Shown: positions 35,586 through 47,628 of the stretch, piece by piece
Layout: the number at the start of each line of letters is the position of its first letter
Numbering within the stretch: position 1 is the first letter of the stretch
Source: Azolla caroliniana
Taxonomy: Eukaryota; Plantae; Polypodiophyta
Direction: 5' to 3'
NCBI GenBank assembly: GCA_043228905.1
Contig: JBHGNT010000006.1
Coordinates: forward strand, 10,540,001 to 10,604,000
DNA length: 64,000 nt
Program-made: the position numbers and the translations under genes
Notes under the pieces: model-generated
Database searches by the model: none
The model's input: the letters and a program-made list of their open reading frames with translations, nothing else
What the model was told of the DNA's origin: nothing

Positions 35586-38500
35586 AAGTATGGTTATATG
35601 AAAAGTGATATGTGGGTCATTCTATTTGTAGATAATGGATGAAGAATCTATTATTGAAGTGTTTGAACATGAGAGGGATGATGAAGATAAACCTTTGGGC
35701 ATTGTAAGTGTGAGAGGAACTCTTACATATGCAAAGATCCGAGTTGAAATAATTGAGGACGGTATATTTTATGAACCATTTTCCTTTGTGTACACAAAAA
35801 ATAATATTTTGAATGGGAAACAAGAAGAGAAAAAATAATGTTACGATGTCATATGAGTCTATCCATGAAACTAAACATAAGGTTAATTTGTTAGTAATTT
35901 CATTATTGATATGCATTTTGGATTGTTTCACATATGCTCTTTGAGATATATATATCAAGTTCAAGATTGTTTTATTGTAAATTACATTTTTTTTTTATCA
36001 CACTATATCCTTCATATGTCTCAATAAACTAAAAAAAAACTTATATGCGGCTTATGTATGTTATACCTCTAGTGTTTTTGGTAATGTTTCCTAATTGTGT
36101 GTGCATTACTTTGTACTTTACACATTGTGTTTTCAATCTATGTGGCACTTGATGAAGCATTTCTAGGAATTGCATATGATGTTTAATGTTCATTCATAAT
36201 TTTGCGAGTCATCAATTGTACAGGTGGTCATCGATCCTTTCTAGGATTGGAAACTATGTGTGCATGTATATTTTATATGTAAGGGTATTTAAAATGGGTG
36301 GTTATCAAAAAATATATTGGTAGTAAGGGGTATTTTTATTAATCTTTTTTCTACAAAAGGGTCACTAAAATAGTAAAAACCATACGTATAAGGGGTTTAT
36401 AAATGATGTCATGAATGCACGTGATACAACCGTCTTATATATAGTGGAGTCCCCGGGATCGGCGATCGGCGGCGTTGCCAGCCCAATCAGCATCGGTGTA
36501 GCCGACTAACTACGCGGTTGCACCGGTCCGATATAGCAGTCCCCGGTCCTTAGTGCCGTTGACATACCGAAGTATGCGTTGCGCACAGTGAAGGTGCTCC
36601 TCGGTAGGTCGCGCCATGAACTGACTGATCACTCCGACTGGATAACTGAGGTCGGGTCGGGTGATGGTCAAGTATATGAGGCTTCTGACAATTTGTCGGA
36701 ACCTCGTCGGGTCGCATACCTTTCCCGTATCGGGACGAAGCTTGACGGTTCTGTCCAGAGGAGTCGAGACGGACTTACAGTCGGCCATCCCGAATTTGAA
36801 GAGCATACTCAACACGTAATGACGTTGGGTAATCAATATGCCTTCGGGGGTACGGATCACTTCGATCCCGAGGAAGTAATGAAGGTCCCCCAGATCCTTC
36901 ATGTCGAACGATGCCGCAAGCTGGAGCTTCACGCGGTCGATTTCACCTAGGTCGGCGCCGGTGATGACCAAGTCATCAACATATAGTAAAATACTAACCG
37001 GTCCGAGTCGACCTTTCCGGATGAACAGGGAAGAGTCCGATTTTGACGTGACGAAGCCCATCCGACGCAGTTGTTGCGTGATCTTCGCGTTCCAGGCACA
37101 CGAGGCTTGCTTCAGTCCGTAAAGGGACTTCTTCAGTCGGCATACTGCCGAGGAGTTCGTTCCAGAGTGAAATCCGGGGGGCTGTACCATGTACACCTGT
37201 TCCTCAAGGTCACCTTGCAGGAACTCATTCTTTACATCCATTTTATGTAAGTGCCACCCCTTCATCGCAGCTACTGCGAGCAAAACACGGACGGTCGTCA
37301 TTTTTGCGACCGACGCAAACGTCTCATCGTAGTTGATGCCATGTTTCTACGTGTAGCCCTTTGCCACTAGCCGAGCCTTGTACCAGTTGACCGAGCCATC
37401 GGTGTTGTACTTGACCTTGTACACCCACCTACACCCAATCCGTTTTACCCCTGTTGGTGCGTCAACCAGGTCCCAGGTCTCGTTCTCCGCCAATGCATGC
37501 ATCTCTTCCTTCATCGCGGCACGCCAATTCGCGTCTTTAGCCGCTTCTGCGTAGCTCTCCGGCTCACGCACTTCCGCTACCCGGGTCATGTACGCATAAT
37601 GATGCGCCATGTACTCGTATCCGAACCGCAAAACAGGATTCTTTTGGCGGGTAGATCGGCGTAATCTCACATTAGCCGATGTCGAGGCCTTCTCGGTCGA
37701 CGCGGTCTTCAGCTTTAAAGACTCGTCACTGGTTCCCTCGAAGTCGGACTCGCGTCGGTCTGACTCGTTCTTATCCATGCCGGAATCCGACACCTTCTTC
37801 TTCCCTTTCTCTTTGCGTGTAAGCCGTCTCCTCGACTTCTTGCGCGGGGAATGCACTCTTCATCGGATTGATTGTGCCGACTCAGTCGTCCAATCGGTCC
37901 ACTTAAACGGAGTGAAATCGGAATCTCTTCGCAGGTCTCGATTTCGGGCTCATCCAGAGGCATCTCGGCCTCGCTGACCTCATCATCAGAACTCGAATTG
38001 GAGTCGGGGTTCGGAGTCGGGGGCTGGTACCAGGACGCGGACTCGTCAAACCCAACGTCACGGCTAACACGCGCTTGTTTGGTGCGAGGGTTATAGCACT
38101 TATAACCCTTCTACTCGTCTGAGTAACCGACCAAGATGCATTTCTCGGCCTTTGCGTCCAGCTTCCTCCTTTTCTCCTTCGGTACATGCACATACGCAAT
38201 GCTACCGAACACCCTCAAGTGTCCCAAGTTCGGCTTCATTCCAAAATATAGTTCGTGCGCCGACACTTTGTCTCCGATCTAGTTCTGGATGTATACCGCG
38301 GTCCTTACCGCCTCGGCCTAGTAGAACTTGGGCAAGCTCTTCTCCTCCAGCATTGCTCGTGCCACTTCCACAACTGACTGATTCTTCCTCTCGGCCATGC
38401 CGTTCTGCTCCGGCGTGTATCTACAACTAAATTCGCGCCGAATTCCCATTTGTTGTAGATAACCGTTGAATTGACCAGAAAAGTACTCTTTCCCGCCATC

Positions 38501-40843
38501 CGACCTCAGGCACTTGATCTTTCGTCCCGTTTCTGTTTCCACGAACCCTTTGAGGTCCCGGAAACAGTCGAAGACTTCGCTCTTCCTCTCAATGAGGTAG
38601 ATCCACGTGTGCCGCGTGTGGTCGTCAATGAAGGAGACGAAATATCGGCTCCCGCCAAGACTAACGTTTTGTGCCGGTCGAGCTTGTTCCGGCTCCGGTT
38701 TCGCTCGTTGGGGAAAGGAAGTCGGTGTTGCTTCCCGAGCTGGCAGGCTTCACAAATTTGTGCCTTTTGGCCACTAAATTTGGGCAATCCAAACACTACC
38801 TGTTTCAATTGCAGATCTTGAAGCCGCTGGTAGTTGACGTCGCCTATCCGCTTGTGCCACAAGTCGATGTCCGACTCGGATTTTTGTCCCTTTGCGAACA
38901 TCGTCGTGCCGCCGTCAGTGGAATCGAGGATGAACATCCTCCCGTCTCTGCGCCCTTGCGAAATCACACGGCCTTCTTCCTCAATGAAGCACCCGAGGTG
39001 TGTAAACCGAACCTCCATCCCTTGGTCGACGATTTGTCCGACCGAGACCAAGTTCTTCGTGATTGTCGGAACGTGTAGTACGTTCATGAGTTTCCCTTTC
39101 TGCCCGACATGGCTAAGGGGAACTTCTCCGACATTCGCGATCGGATGTGGAGTGTTGTCTACTCCAGGTTGTATCGGTTTTTCAAGGTACGAGAACCACT
39201 CCTTATGGCTCGTCATGTGGTTTGACGCGCCGGAGTCTACGTACCACACCTCGCCCGATCTCGGGGTGGTCCATTTCATTGAGTTTGCTTCGTGTCTCAT
39301 CACGAAGGCAGACCCTTCTCCGGCTCTCCCGGAGTCTTCGGCGTAGTGCGATCGCTGCCGATTTCCCTTGTCGGTATGTCCGGAGCCGTTTCCGAAACCG
39401 GTTCTCTCCGAATCGGTGCGCTTCTTCCAGCACTCACTTTCCCTGTGGCCTTTCTTGCCACAATACCAGCACTCCGCGATGACCTTCCCTTGCCGGTTCT
39501 CATCGCTTCGACTCCCCCTGTTTCCGGAGGGTCCGGAGTTGCTGTCGGCATCACTTCGGTGCCTTCTTCCTTGATCTCGTCGGCCGCCTCCATTGCGCGC
39601 CGACTCGCCTCATCCTCCACGTCCGCGGAGCCTATCTCCCTCCGTGTACAACATTCTGCTGTCGGTGTGCGTGCTTGTAGACGCACCCACGTGGTTCTCC
39701 TCTACCAAGAGCATTGACTGTAAGTCGAAAAAGGACGGCGTATTCTCCCGGGTACACACAACCGTTTGGAACGCTCCGAACTTCGACGCCAAACCTCCGA
39801 GATAGATCTGGACCATCTCGCTCTCCTCGATGTTCACCTCTATGGAGGCGAGGGAGTCCCAAATATCCTTGATCTTCGAGGTATAGTCCGCCACCGACAA
39901 GTCGCGTTGTTGTAGGTTGCTCAACTCCTGTCGGAGCTGAAGCTTCCTGGCTGTGGTGCTCGCGGCGAAAATCTTCTTTAGATTTTCCCACGCACCCTTC
40001 GGCGTCTTTGCATCCCTAACATAGCTCAATAGCTGTTCGCCCACACACGACGCGAAGTAGTAAAATACCCTGCTCGCCGATTGCTCCCACGACGGGAAGT
40101 CTCTGTGTGTCGATTCGGGTGCCGCATCATTAGCTCCTTCGACATAACTCTAGTAGCCGTGCCCGAGCAGGTACTGGTGCATCTTGTAGGACCAAGACGT
40201 GTAGTTGGTTCTGTCGAGCTTCTCTGTTGGAAGCGAGCTCGCCATGCCTCTATCCATCATTCTTCTTGTTCTTCTTCGTCAAGCTGTGTCGGCTGCAGAG
40301 AGGTTCTCAACCCTCATGCTCTGATACCATGTAAAAAGTAACGTGCGGAAGCAAGTATGAAGACTGAACAGAAGGAAGAAAACACAGGTTTAATGGAGAG
40401 CTTGAGCTCACGCAGTATACGCGGGGGAGATAGAGAGAGAGAGAGAAACACAAGAGGTATATTCAAAAAATACACAATCTCTATTCACCACACTCTATAC
40501 ATATGTGTGTTCAATGAACACTTTTATACAAGTTCTAGAAGGACTGACCGAAGTACTGACAGTACATCAATGCTCATTAAGAGCTCCTACAGTAACTCCC
40601 AAATATATTCCTCACGGCCTCCCGTTTTACGCACCGATCCGGCCCTACCTATGCACCGGTCTGCGTACCGATTTACGCATTCGGCCTAACCGATCTGTCG
40701 CAACCGATCCGGTCCTCGGCTTCTTCAGTCGATTCGGCCGATGTTGAGCTTGTCTCTCAACACTCCAACTATCACTATGTCGAGAGGAATACAACAGGTG
40801 AACACAGAGGCAACAACCTCTTGCTCACAATCTTTGCCTGGCG

Positions 40844-41726
40844 GTGGTTACAACAGAGACTTGCTTTGTATCTCTCTCTCTCTCTCTCTCTCTTTCACTC
40901 TGTACAACAGTTACTCTCAATGACTCTATACAACAAAATAATGACAACACAGAATGACCAACACTAAACTTGTTTGCCCTAAGTCATATTTATACTAATA
41001 TGACTTTCGGGCTATTTACAAATATAGCCACAATGGGCTAACAGAAACATAGTTACATATATGTCCCTTCATCCGGTGAGAGGTTCTCACCGGGCCTGCG
41101 TCATCAGGTTCTCACCGGGTACTCATCATTCGGTTCTCACCGGGTCTTCCTTGCCGGTTAATCATATCCCATCCGGAGGGACCGAAATCCTAACAATTGC
41201 TTCTGTCAATGACTTTGGCTCTTCGGGGAAAGTTAAGAGTAAATCCTTGACATCATTACGTAGGCCAAAATGCGGTTATAACAGAGACTCGCTTTGTATC
41301 TCTCTCTCTCTCTCTCTCTCTCTTTCACTCTGTACAACAGTTACTCTCAATGACTCTATACAACAAAATAATGACAACACAAAATGACCAACACTAAACT
41401 TATTTGCCCTAAGTCATATTTATACTAATATGACTTTCGGGGTATTTACAAATATAGCCACAATGGGCTAACAGAAACATAGTTACATATATGTCCCTTC
41501 ATCCGGTGAGAGGTTCTCACCGGGCCTGCGTCATCAGGTTCTCACCGGGTACTCATCATTCGGTTCTCACTAGGTCTTCCTTGCCGGTTAATCATATCCC
41601 ATCCGGAGGGACCGAAATCCTAACAATTGCTTCTGTCAATGACTTTGGCTCTTCGGGGAAAGTTAAGAGTAAATCCTTGACATCATTACGTAGGCCAAAA
41701 TGCGGTTATAACAGAGACTCGCTTTG

Positions 41727-41760
<34 letters not shown>

Positions 41761-42136
41761 ACTCTGTACAACAGTTACTCTCAATGACTCTATACAACAA
41801 AATAATGACAACACAAAATGACCAACACTAAACTTATTTGCCCTAAGTCATATTTATACTAATATGACTTTCGGGGTATTTACAAATATAGCCACAATGG
41901 GCTAACAGAAACATAGTTACATATATGTCCCTTCATCCGGTGAGAGGTTCTCACCGGGCCTGCGTCATCAGGTTCTCACCGGGTACTCATCATTCGGTTC
42001 TCACTAGGTCTTCCTTGCCGGTTAATCATATCCCATCCGGAGGGACCGAAATCCTAACAATTGCTTCTGTCAATGACTTTGGCTCTTCGGGGAAAGTTAA
42101 GAGTAAATCCTTGACATCATTACGTAGGCCAAAATG
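40844..42136. repeat. ~430-bp tandem triplication spanning the E LTR start and ~76 bp of flanking I gag
   Basis: Units restart with GCGGTTATAACAGAGAC at 41272 and 41702; they differ mainly in (CT)n length. Confidence 0.93.
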
Positions 42137-42788
42137 AAATTGATCCATTAATGCCTGGTCATCCCAGGGAATATCGGTGGTGAGAAGACGGAAATTCGTA
42201 GCATAAGCCAAGACCGGTCGCTCACCTTGGCACAGTCTTCGGATTTTGTTGATTGCCATGCTAACACTGTTGGTAATTCCAAAACAAGATTTAAACTTGC
42301 TAATAAACTCTTCGAAATTATTTAACAAGGGAGAGTTCTTTTATAACAAGGGGGTGAACCAGGCCAAAGTCGTGCCATGAGGTAGCGTGCCTACTAGTCC
42401 CACTCAGGATGCATTTGAATCATTAAGCATACCTGATTAAAAAAACCTCTGAACTGTGATGGGGTCCAATCAAAAGTCATAGGAAGTTCGATCTTGGGTT
42501 CTTTGTGAGTCCCTTGAGTGCTTGATCCTTGTTGTTGTAGTGATACAATAGTCGCATCAAGTTGTTATACACGTAACGTCAGCTCCCTGTGTTGTTGTTT
42601 TTCTAAAGCTATTAGTTGAAGATCCCCCAACAGACGACGATTTTCTTGTTCTAGTGCTACAAACTTCTTTTTTAAGCACTTAAGCTCTGAGAAAACAGAT
42701 TGGTATTCCTGAGCGCTAACAATTGCCATTTTACTAGGGAGGATAAGAGGATTGGTATGAAAGGAAGGAGGGGTAAGAGGATGAGGAA

Positions 42789-42800
42789 AAATCGGTTCAA
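42789..42800 (-). promoter_or_regulatory. Self-priming primer-binding site of I (TTGAACCGATTT)
   Basis: Complementary to AAATCGGTTCAA, which starts 33 nt downstream of TATAAAA (43030-43019). Confidence 0.82.
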
Positions 42801-43174
42801 ACGGTTAGTAACAGTACTAAGATAGAGAGGGAATTAGTACTAAAAGATGCGAATTAGTACTAAGAGAGAGGAAAAGGTGTAGAACTCACGAGAGAAGGAG
42901 AGAGAGAGAGAGAGAAAGAGACGAGAGATCGAGAGAGAGAGAGAATGATGATAACAAAAGATATATTATATTATATGAAGAGTAAGTACAAGAATAGCTA
43001 TGAGGCTTAAGATTGGCGTTGAACCGATTTGGTTCGAAATAATGCCTTGTGCCTCCTTTTATAGTGTTTTCAGGAGTACTCTTGAAGTTTCTAGCATGTT
43101 CCAGAGAAATCTAGAAATATACATCAATTTTCTATAGTGAAATAATAAATGAAAATAATATTTTTTATATTAAA

Positions 43175-43241
43175 ATATATAGTCTAATGGTAAGGGCTCG
43201 ACCCATGTAACATAAGGTCATGGGTTCGAGTCTTGCCATAT
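43175..43241 (+). ncRNA. tRNA-like element (A box TAGTCTAATGG, B box GGTTCGAGTC) antisense in U3 of the I LTR
   Basis: Same box spacing, orientation and LTR position as in H. Confidence 0.65.
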
Positions 43242-43256
43242 CATGAAAGTCATGAC

Positions 43257-46200
43257 CATATTTGTAAATAGTCCTAAAGTCATATAAGTATAAATATGTC
43301 TTAGGGCAATCACTTTGTGTGTGTGTGTGTAGACATATTGTTGTATAGTCACAGAGAGAGCGCAAGATACAAAGCGAGTTTTTTTTTCTGTTGTAACCGT
43401 TGGTTGGCGAAGACACAGGGCTCGAGGTCGTTGCCTCTGAGTCTCACATTGTATCCTCTACTTATAATGATAGTTGGAGTTTGTGGGCTCCCGTGGTTTT
43501 TCCTATTAGGGTTTTCCACGTAAACATCTTGTGTCGTCTCTTCTGTGCAAGTGTATTAACCTCCATTTTTGTTTTGTTTTTCCATTGAATGTTTAAGACT
43601 CGGTTGTGGTAGAGCGCTATTCTGCACAAACTGGTATCAGAGTGAACAACAGATGGAAGAGTCATTCCAAAGCATGTTCAAGCTCACCGACTCCAACTAT
43701 CTAGTGTGGAAGTCGAAGATGAGGGACATGCTTGTGGTCAAAGATCTCTAGCTACTGGTATAGTTCGGGGACAAGAAACCAGACAAGATTGATGCCACGA
43801 TGTGGGAGGTGACGCATATGAAGGAGAAGGCTTACATCCGGTGCTTCATCGACATGAGCATGTACAACAACTTTAATGAAGAAAGTAAGGCACATGTGCT
43901 CAGGGAGAAAATTGGTACCATACTCCAGAACAAGAACGTCGTAAATCGGGTTTTGGTATTCTGGAAGTTAGTGAGACTCCGGTACCAAGACGGATCCATC
44001 ATGGCGAAGCACATGAATGAGTTCCATGGGATCATAAATCAAACAACCTCGCTTGAAGTACCTCTAGTCGACGAGGTACTCGCGTTGTTGTTGCTCGGTT
44101 CCCTCCTAGATAGTTGGGAGACGCTGGTTGTCAGTTTGGGCAATGCTGGGCCGGAAGGAAAACATCTATCCCTCGCAAGAGTAAAGTCGAGCTTGCCGGA
44201 AGGACCAAGAGTCCAGAACCGATCTGAAGGCCTTGGTTACGGAAGACGACCACAACCCGGGAAGAGGCCGGAATCGGAGTCCCCAGAACCGGGACAACTC
44301 GAGGACGAGGTCGAAGTGAAGGGGGAGGCCCACTTGCTTTTATTGTAGAAAGCCAAGGCACTTCCAGAAGAATTGCCGACACTTCTGGAAAGCCAAAGGG
44401 GGATCCGACATTCCGGAACCGAAGAAGATTTCGGAAAGGAGAGGAACAACGGTGATTGCGACAAGTGAAGAAGATGTGTTGCTAATCACCGAGGAGAGTG
44501 AGTTGCATCTTGTCAGCGACGAAATGACATAGGTGGTCGACTCCGGAGCGTCATTCTACTTCACTCCCAATTAGAAGTGCTTCTCATCGTACAGAGCCGG
44601 AGATCACGATTCTGTCTAGATGGGAAATGAAGGTGCAAGCCGAATTGTCGGCATAGGAGACGTGTGGTTGACAACATCAAGCGCATGGAAGTTGCTGTTG
44701 AAAAATGTCCGACATGTTCCTGAGGTTCGGTTGAACCTGATATCAACTGGTCGGCTGGATCATGAAGGCTACATGGGTAACATCTGGAACGGAGTCATGA
44801 AGTCTTGCAAAGGAAGCCTGATTTTGGCCTAAGCCCGGAAGATCTACACACTGTACTTGATGCATCCCCGGATCTGCCGGGAAGAAGTGAACGTGGCATC
44901 TGACAATGCCGGTGAGCTGTGGCACAAAAGGTTGTGCCACATGAGCCAGAAGGGAATGTAGAAACTTGCCGAGGAAAACCTCGTTCCGGAGGTGAAAGAT
45001 GTGCATCTTGAGAGGTGCACCGATTGCTTGGCCGACAAGCAGAACCAAACCTCTTTCCGGTCGAGACCACTGATGAGACGAAATGCACCGCTGGAACTTG
45101 TGCATACTGATGTATGCCGAGTGGACACGAAGTCACATGCCGGATAGAAGAACTTCGTGACGTTCATAGATGAACATAGCCGGAAGCTCTGGGTCTCACC
45201 GCTAAAGATGAAGGATTGGGTATTATCTGTCTTCAAGGAACTCCACACGATAGTGGAAAGAGAAACTGGTCGGAAGATGAAGGTGGTTCGAGCAGACAAC
45301 AAAGGAGAATACCGGGGGCAGTTTGAGGAGTACTACCGGTCGAAGGAATCCGACTCGAATTCACCGTGCCGAAGACACCGGAGCTGAACGGATTGGTTGA
45401 ACGGATGAACCAGACCATAATTGAGAGAGTCCGTAGCATGTTGGCACAAGCTAAGCTGTCCAAGACGTTTTGGGCTGAGGCGCCGATGACAACGATATAT
45501 GTGATAAATAGATCACCCTCAGCACCCTTGGACAGAGACAAACCACACAGAGTATGGACAGGTAAAGATGTGTCTTATCGACATCTGAAGGTGTTCGGTT
45601 GTCTCGCTTTCGCCTGTCTCGCTTACGTGCATGTTGCAAAGGACAAGAGAGAAAAGTTGGATCCGAAGTCCCGACCTTGCATATTTATTGGGTACGGCAA
45701 TGATGAGTTCGGTTACAAAGTGTGGGACTTGGTTGACAAGAAGGTCTTCCGGAGTCTTCATGGAGGACAAGACCATCGCTGACTGGGAGTCGGACAAGAA
45801 GATATTGCACTCTGGGTCAACCGACAGAGATCAGTTAGAAGATGTTAGGACACATCCGGTCGGAAGCTGGATGTTAGACGAGGACCAGGATGAACCGGTG
45901 GCCGTATTCGGACAGGTCGGACAGGCCGTATTCAGAGTCGAGACATAGTCTTCATGGAGGACAAGACCATTGCTGACTGGGAGTCGGACAAGAAGATATT
46001 GCACTCCGGGTCAACTGACAGAGATCGGTTAGAAGATGCTAGGACACATCTGGTCGGAAGCTGGATGTTAGACGAGGACCACGATGAACTGGTCGTATTC
46101 GGACAAAGACCCGAACCGACCGATGAAGATCAAACACCGGAACCAGACAAGACCTCGAATCAGAGTCGGATGAAGAACAAACGGAGGAACTGATGGAAGA

Positions 46201-46603
46201 GCCCCTTGGAGATTTTCAGATGTAGAGCTTGTGTTGCTGATCGACGAGGGGGACCCGGAAAGCTTTTAAGAAGCATATAAAGATACCCACAACTGCAAGT
46301 GGTTAAGTGCCATGCAGGATGAGATGGATTCCCTGCATGAGAACCACACATATGAATTGACGGAGCTGCTGAAAGGAAAGAGAGCGCTCCGGAACAAGTG
46401 GGTGTACAAGCTAAAATTAGGAGACGCCGGAAATCTACCAAGGTACAAATCCCGCATTGTGGTGAAGGGCTTCCAATAGAAGAAGGGAGTTGATTTTGAT
46501 GAGATCTTTGCCTCGGTAGTAAAGATGACATCCATCCAAACTGTGTTGAGCATAACTGCAAGCATGGACCTCGAGGTCGAGCAGCTAGATGTCAAAACGA
46601 CAT
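43257..46603 (+). mobile_element. Element J: Tnt1/Tork-like copia, partial 5' LTR, Met PBS, degenerate gag-PR-IN and RT start
   Basis: TGGTATCAGAG at 43632; MEESFQSMFKLTDSNY, VVDSGAS, LWHKRLCHMS, TPELNGLVERMN, KWVYKLK..RYKSRIVVKGF; contains a ~194-bp duplication at 45753-46105. Confidence 0.9.
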
Positions 46604-46643
46604 TATTGGTGGTCTAATATCTTGTTGCTAGAGTAGATTGATG

Positions 46644-47581
46644 TGCGGAAAATGGTGCTCATCCTGAACCGAGTCTTAAACACTCAATGAAAGAGAGAAA
46701 AGAAATAGGAAATCAAAATAAGATAGACACAAGATGTTAATGTGGAAAACACTAATAGGGAAAAATTATGGGAGCCCACAGACTCCAACTATCACTATAA
46801 GAAGAGGATACAATGCGAGACTTGGAGACAACAACCTCGAGCCCTATGTCTTCGCCAATCGATGTCGTGAAGATTTTCGGCAATGGTGTGAAAATCGCAT
46901 GGAATGGACAAAATCGAGAATGTGCAATGTGCACACGTATGAAAGGAGTGATGGTTACACATGTATGTGTGATGTATGTTTAGGCGTTCATTACACAAAA
47001 TATAAAATAAGCCTAGGACCTAGTGGCATACAATGAGGTGCATACAATGAGGTGCAAGTAAGGCCTTGAACCTTACAACTCCAAGATAGAAGAGACAACG
47101 ATACAAAAATGTGTGCACAAGACCATGGTTTTAAGCCAAATGGTTTTGTGCGTGTCACTAAGCAAAACCATGTGCATAGAAACTATGGCTCCAATCCCAT
47201 GGTTTTGTGCATGGAAAAACCTATATAAACCCTAATAGAGCTTGTGTAAGGGGGGAGGTTCTCAATATGTGATATCATCATCATCACAATCAATATAATA
47301 TTCTTCTTATTATTATTCTTCCTATTTATCTTCTTCTCGAGTGTACAAATTTTCGATCTTCTCAAATGTAACACTGTTTCCTTACATCTTACATTCACAT
47401 AGTCCTCTTCGCAATAACTTAATGGACATCCTCCCTGGTCTAAGACCCTGGTGGTCCCGTTCAAGCAAAGCACGCCTGCACGCACATCTTCGCGACACCG
47501 GCGATTACAATAGAAAAACTTTTTGTATCTCACGCTCTCTCTCAAGCTCTCGTTTTGTCTATACAACAATATCTCTACACA

Positions 47582-47628
<47 letters not shown>

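Larger units (their letters stand above)
30002..36457. mobile_element. Non-autonomous TIR DNA transposon, CCCGGGG termini, 8-bp TSD ATCGGCGA, simple-repeat-filled interior
   Basis: Left end CCCGGGGGCTTCACTGT vs right end (reverse complement) CCCGGGGACTCCACTAT; ATCGGCGA at 29994-30001 and 36458-36465; removing the element and one TSD restores WAGNAADRRSTS of F in frame. Confidence 0.9.
29022..40762 (-). mobile_element. Copia element F, both LTRs, 5-bp TSD CTCCA, interrupted by a DNA transposon
   Basis: 3' LTR 29022-29471, 5' LTR 40330-40762, Met PBS 40318-40329, gag-PR-IN-RT 40258-36466, RH remnant 29760-30001, PPT 29472-29482; CTCCA at 29017-29021 and 40763-40767. Confidence 0.96.
28472..42059 (-). 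mobile_element. Element E: Tnt1/Tork-like copia 5' end (gag start, Met PBS, 5' LTR split by F: 28849-29021 + 40768-42059)
   Basis: PBS TGGTATCAGAGC 28822-28833; the LTR is homologous to those at 43257, 46644 and 48739; LTR start TGTTAGGATTTCGGTCCCTCCGG. Confidence 0.85.
42060..43256 (-). mobile_element. Element I: second Tf1/Tcn1-like chromovirus 5' end (LTR ~42803-43256, gag from 42729)
   Basis: KEPKIELPMTFD..SQFRGF, NFEEFISKFKSCFG..IRRLCQGERPVLAYATNFRLLTTDIPWDDQALMDQFHFGLRNDVKD. Confidence 0.85.
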
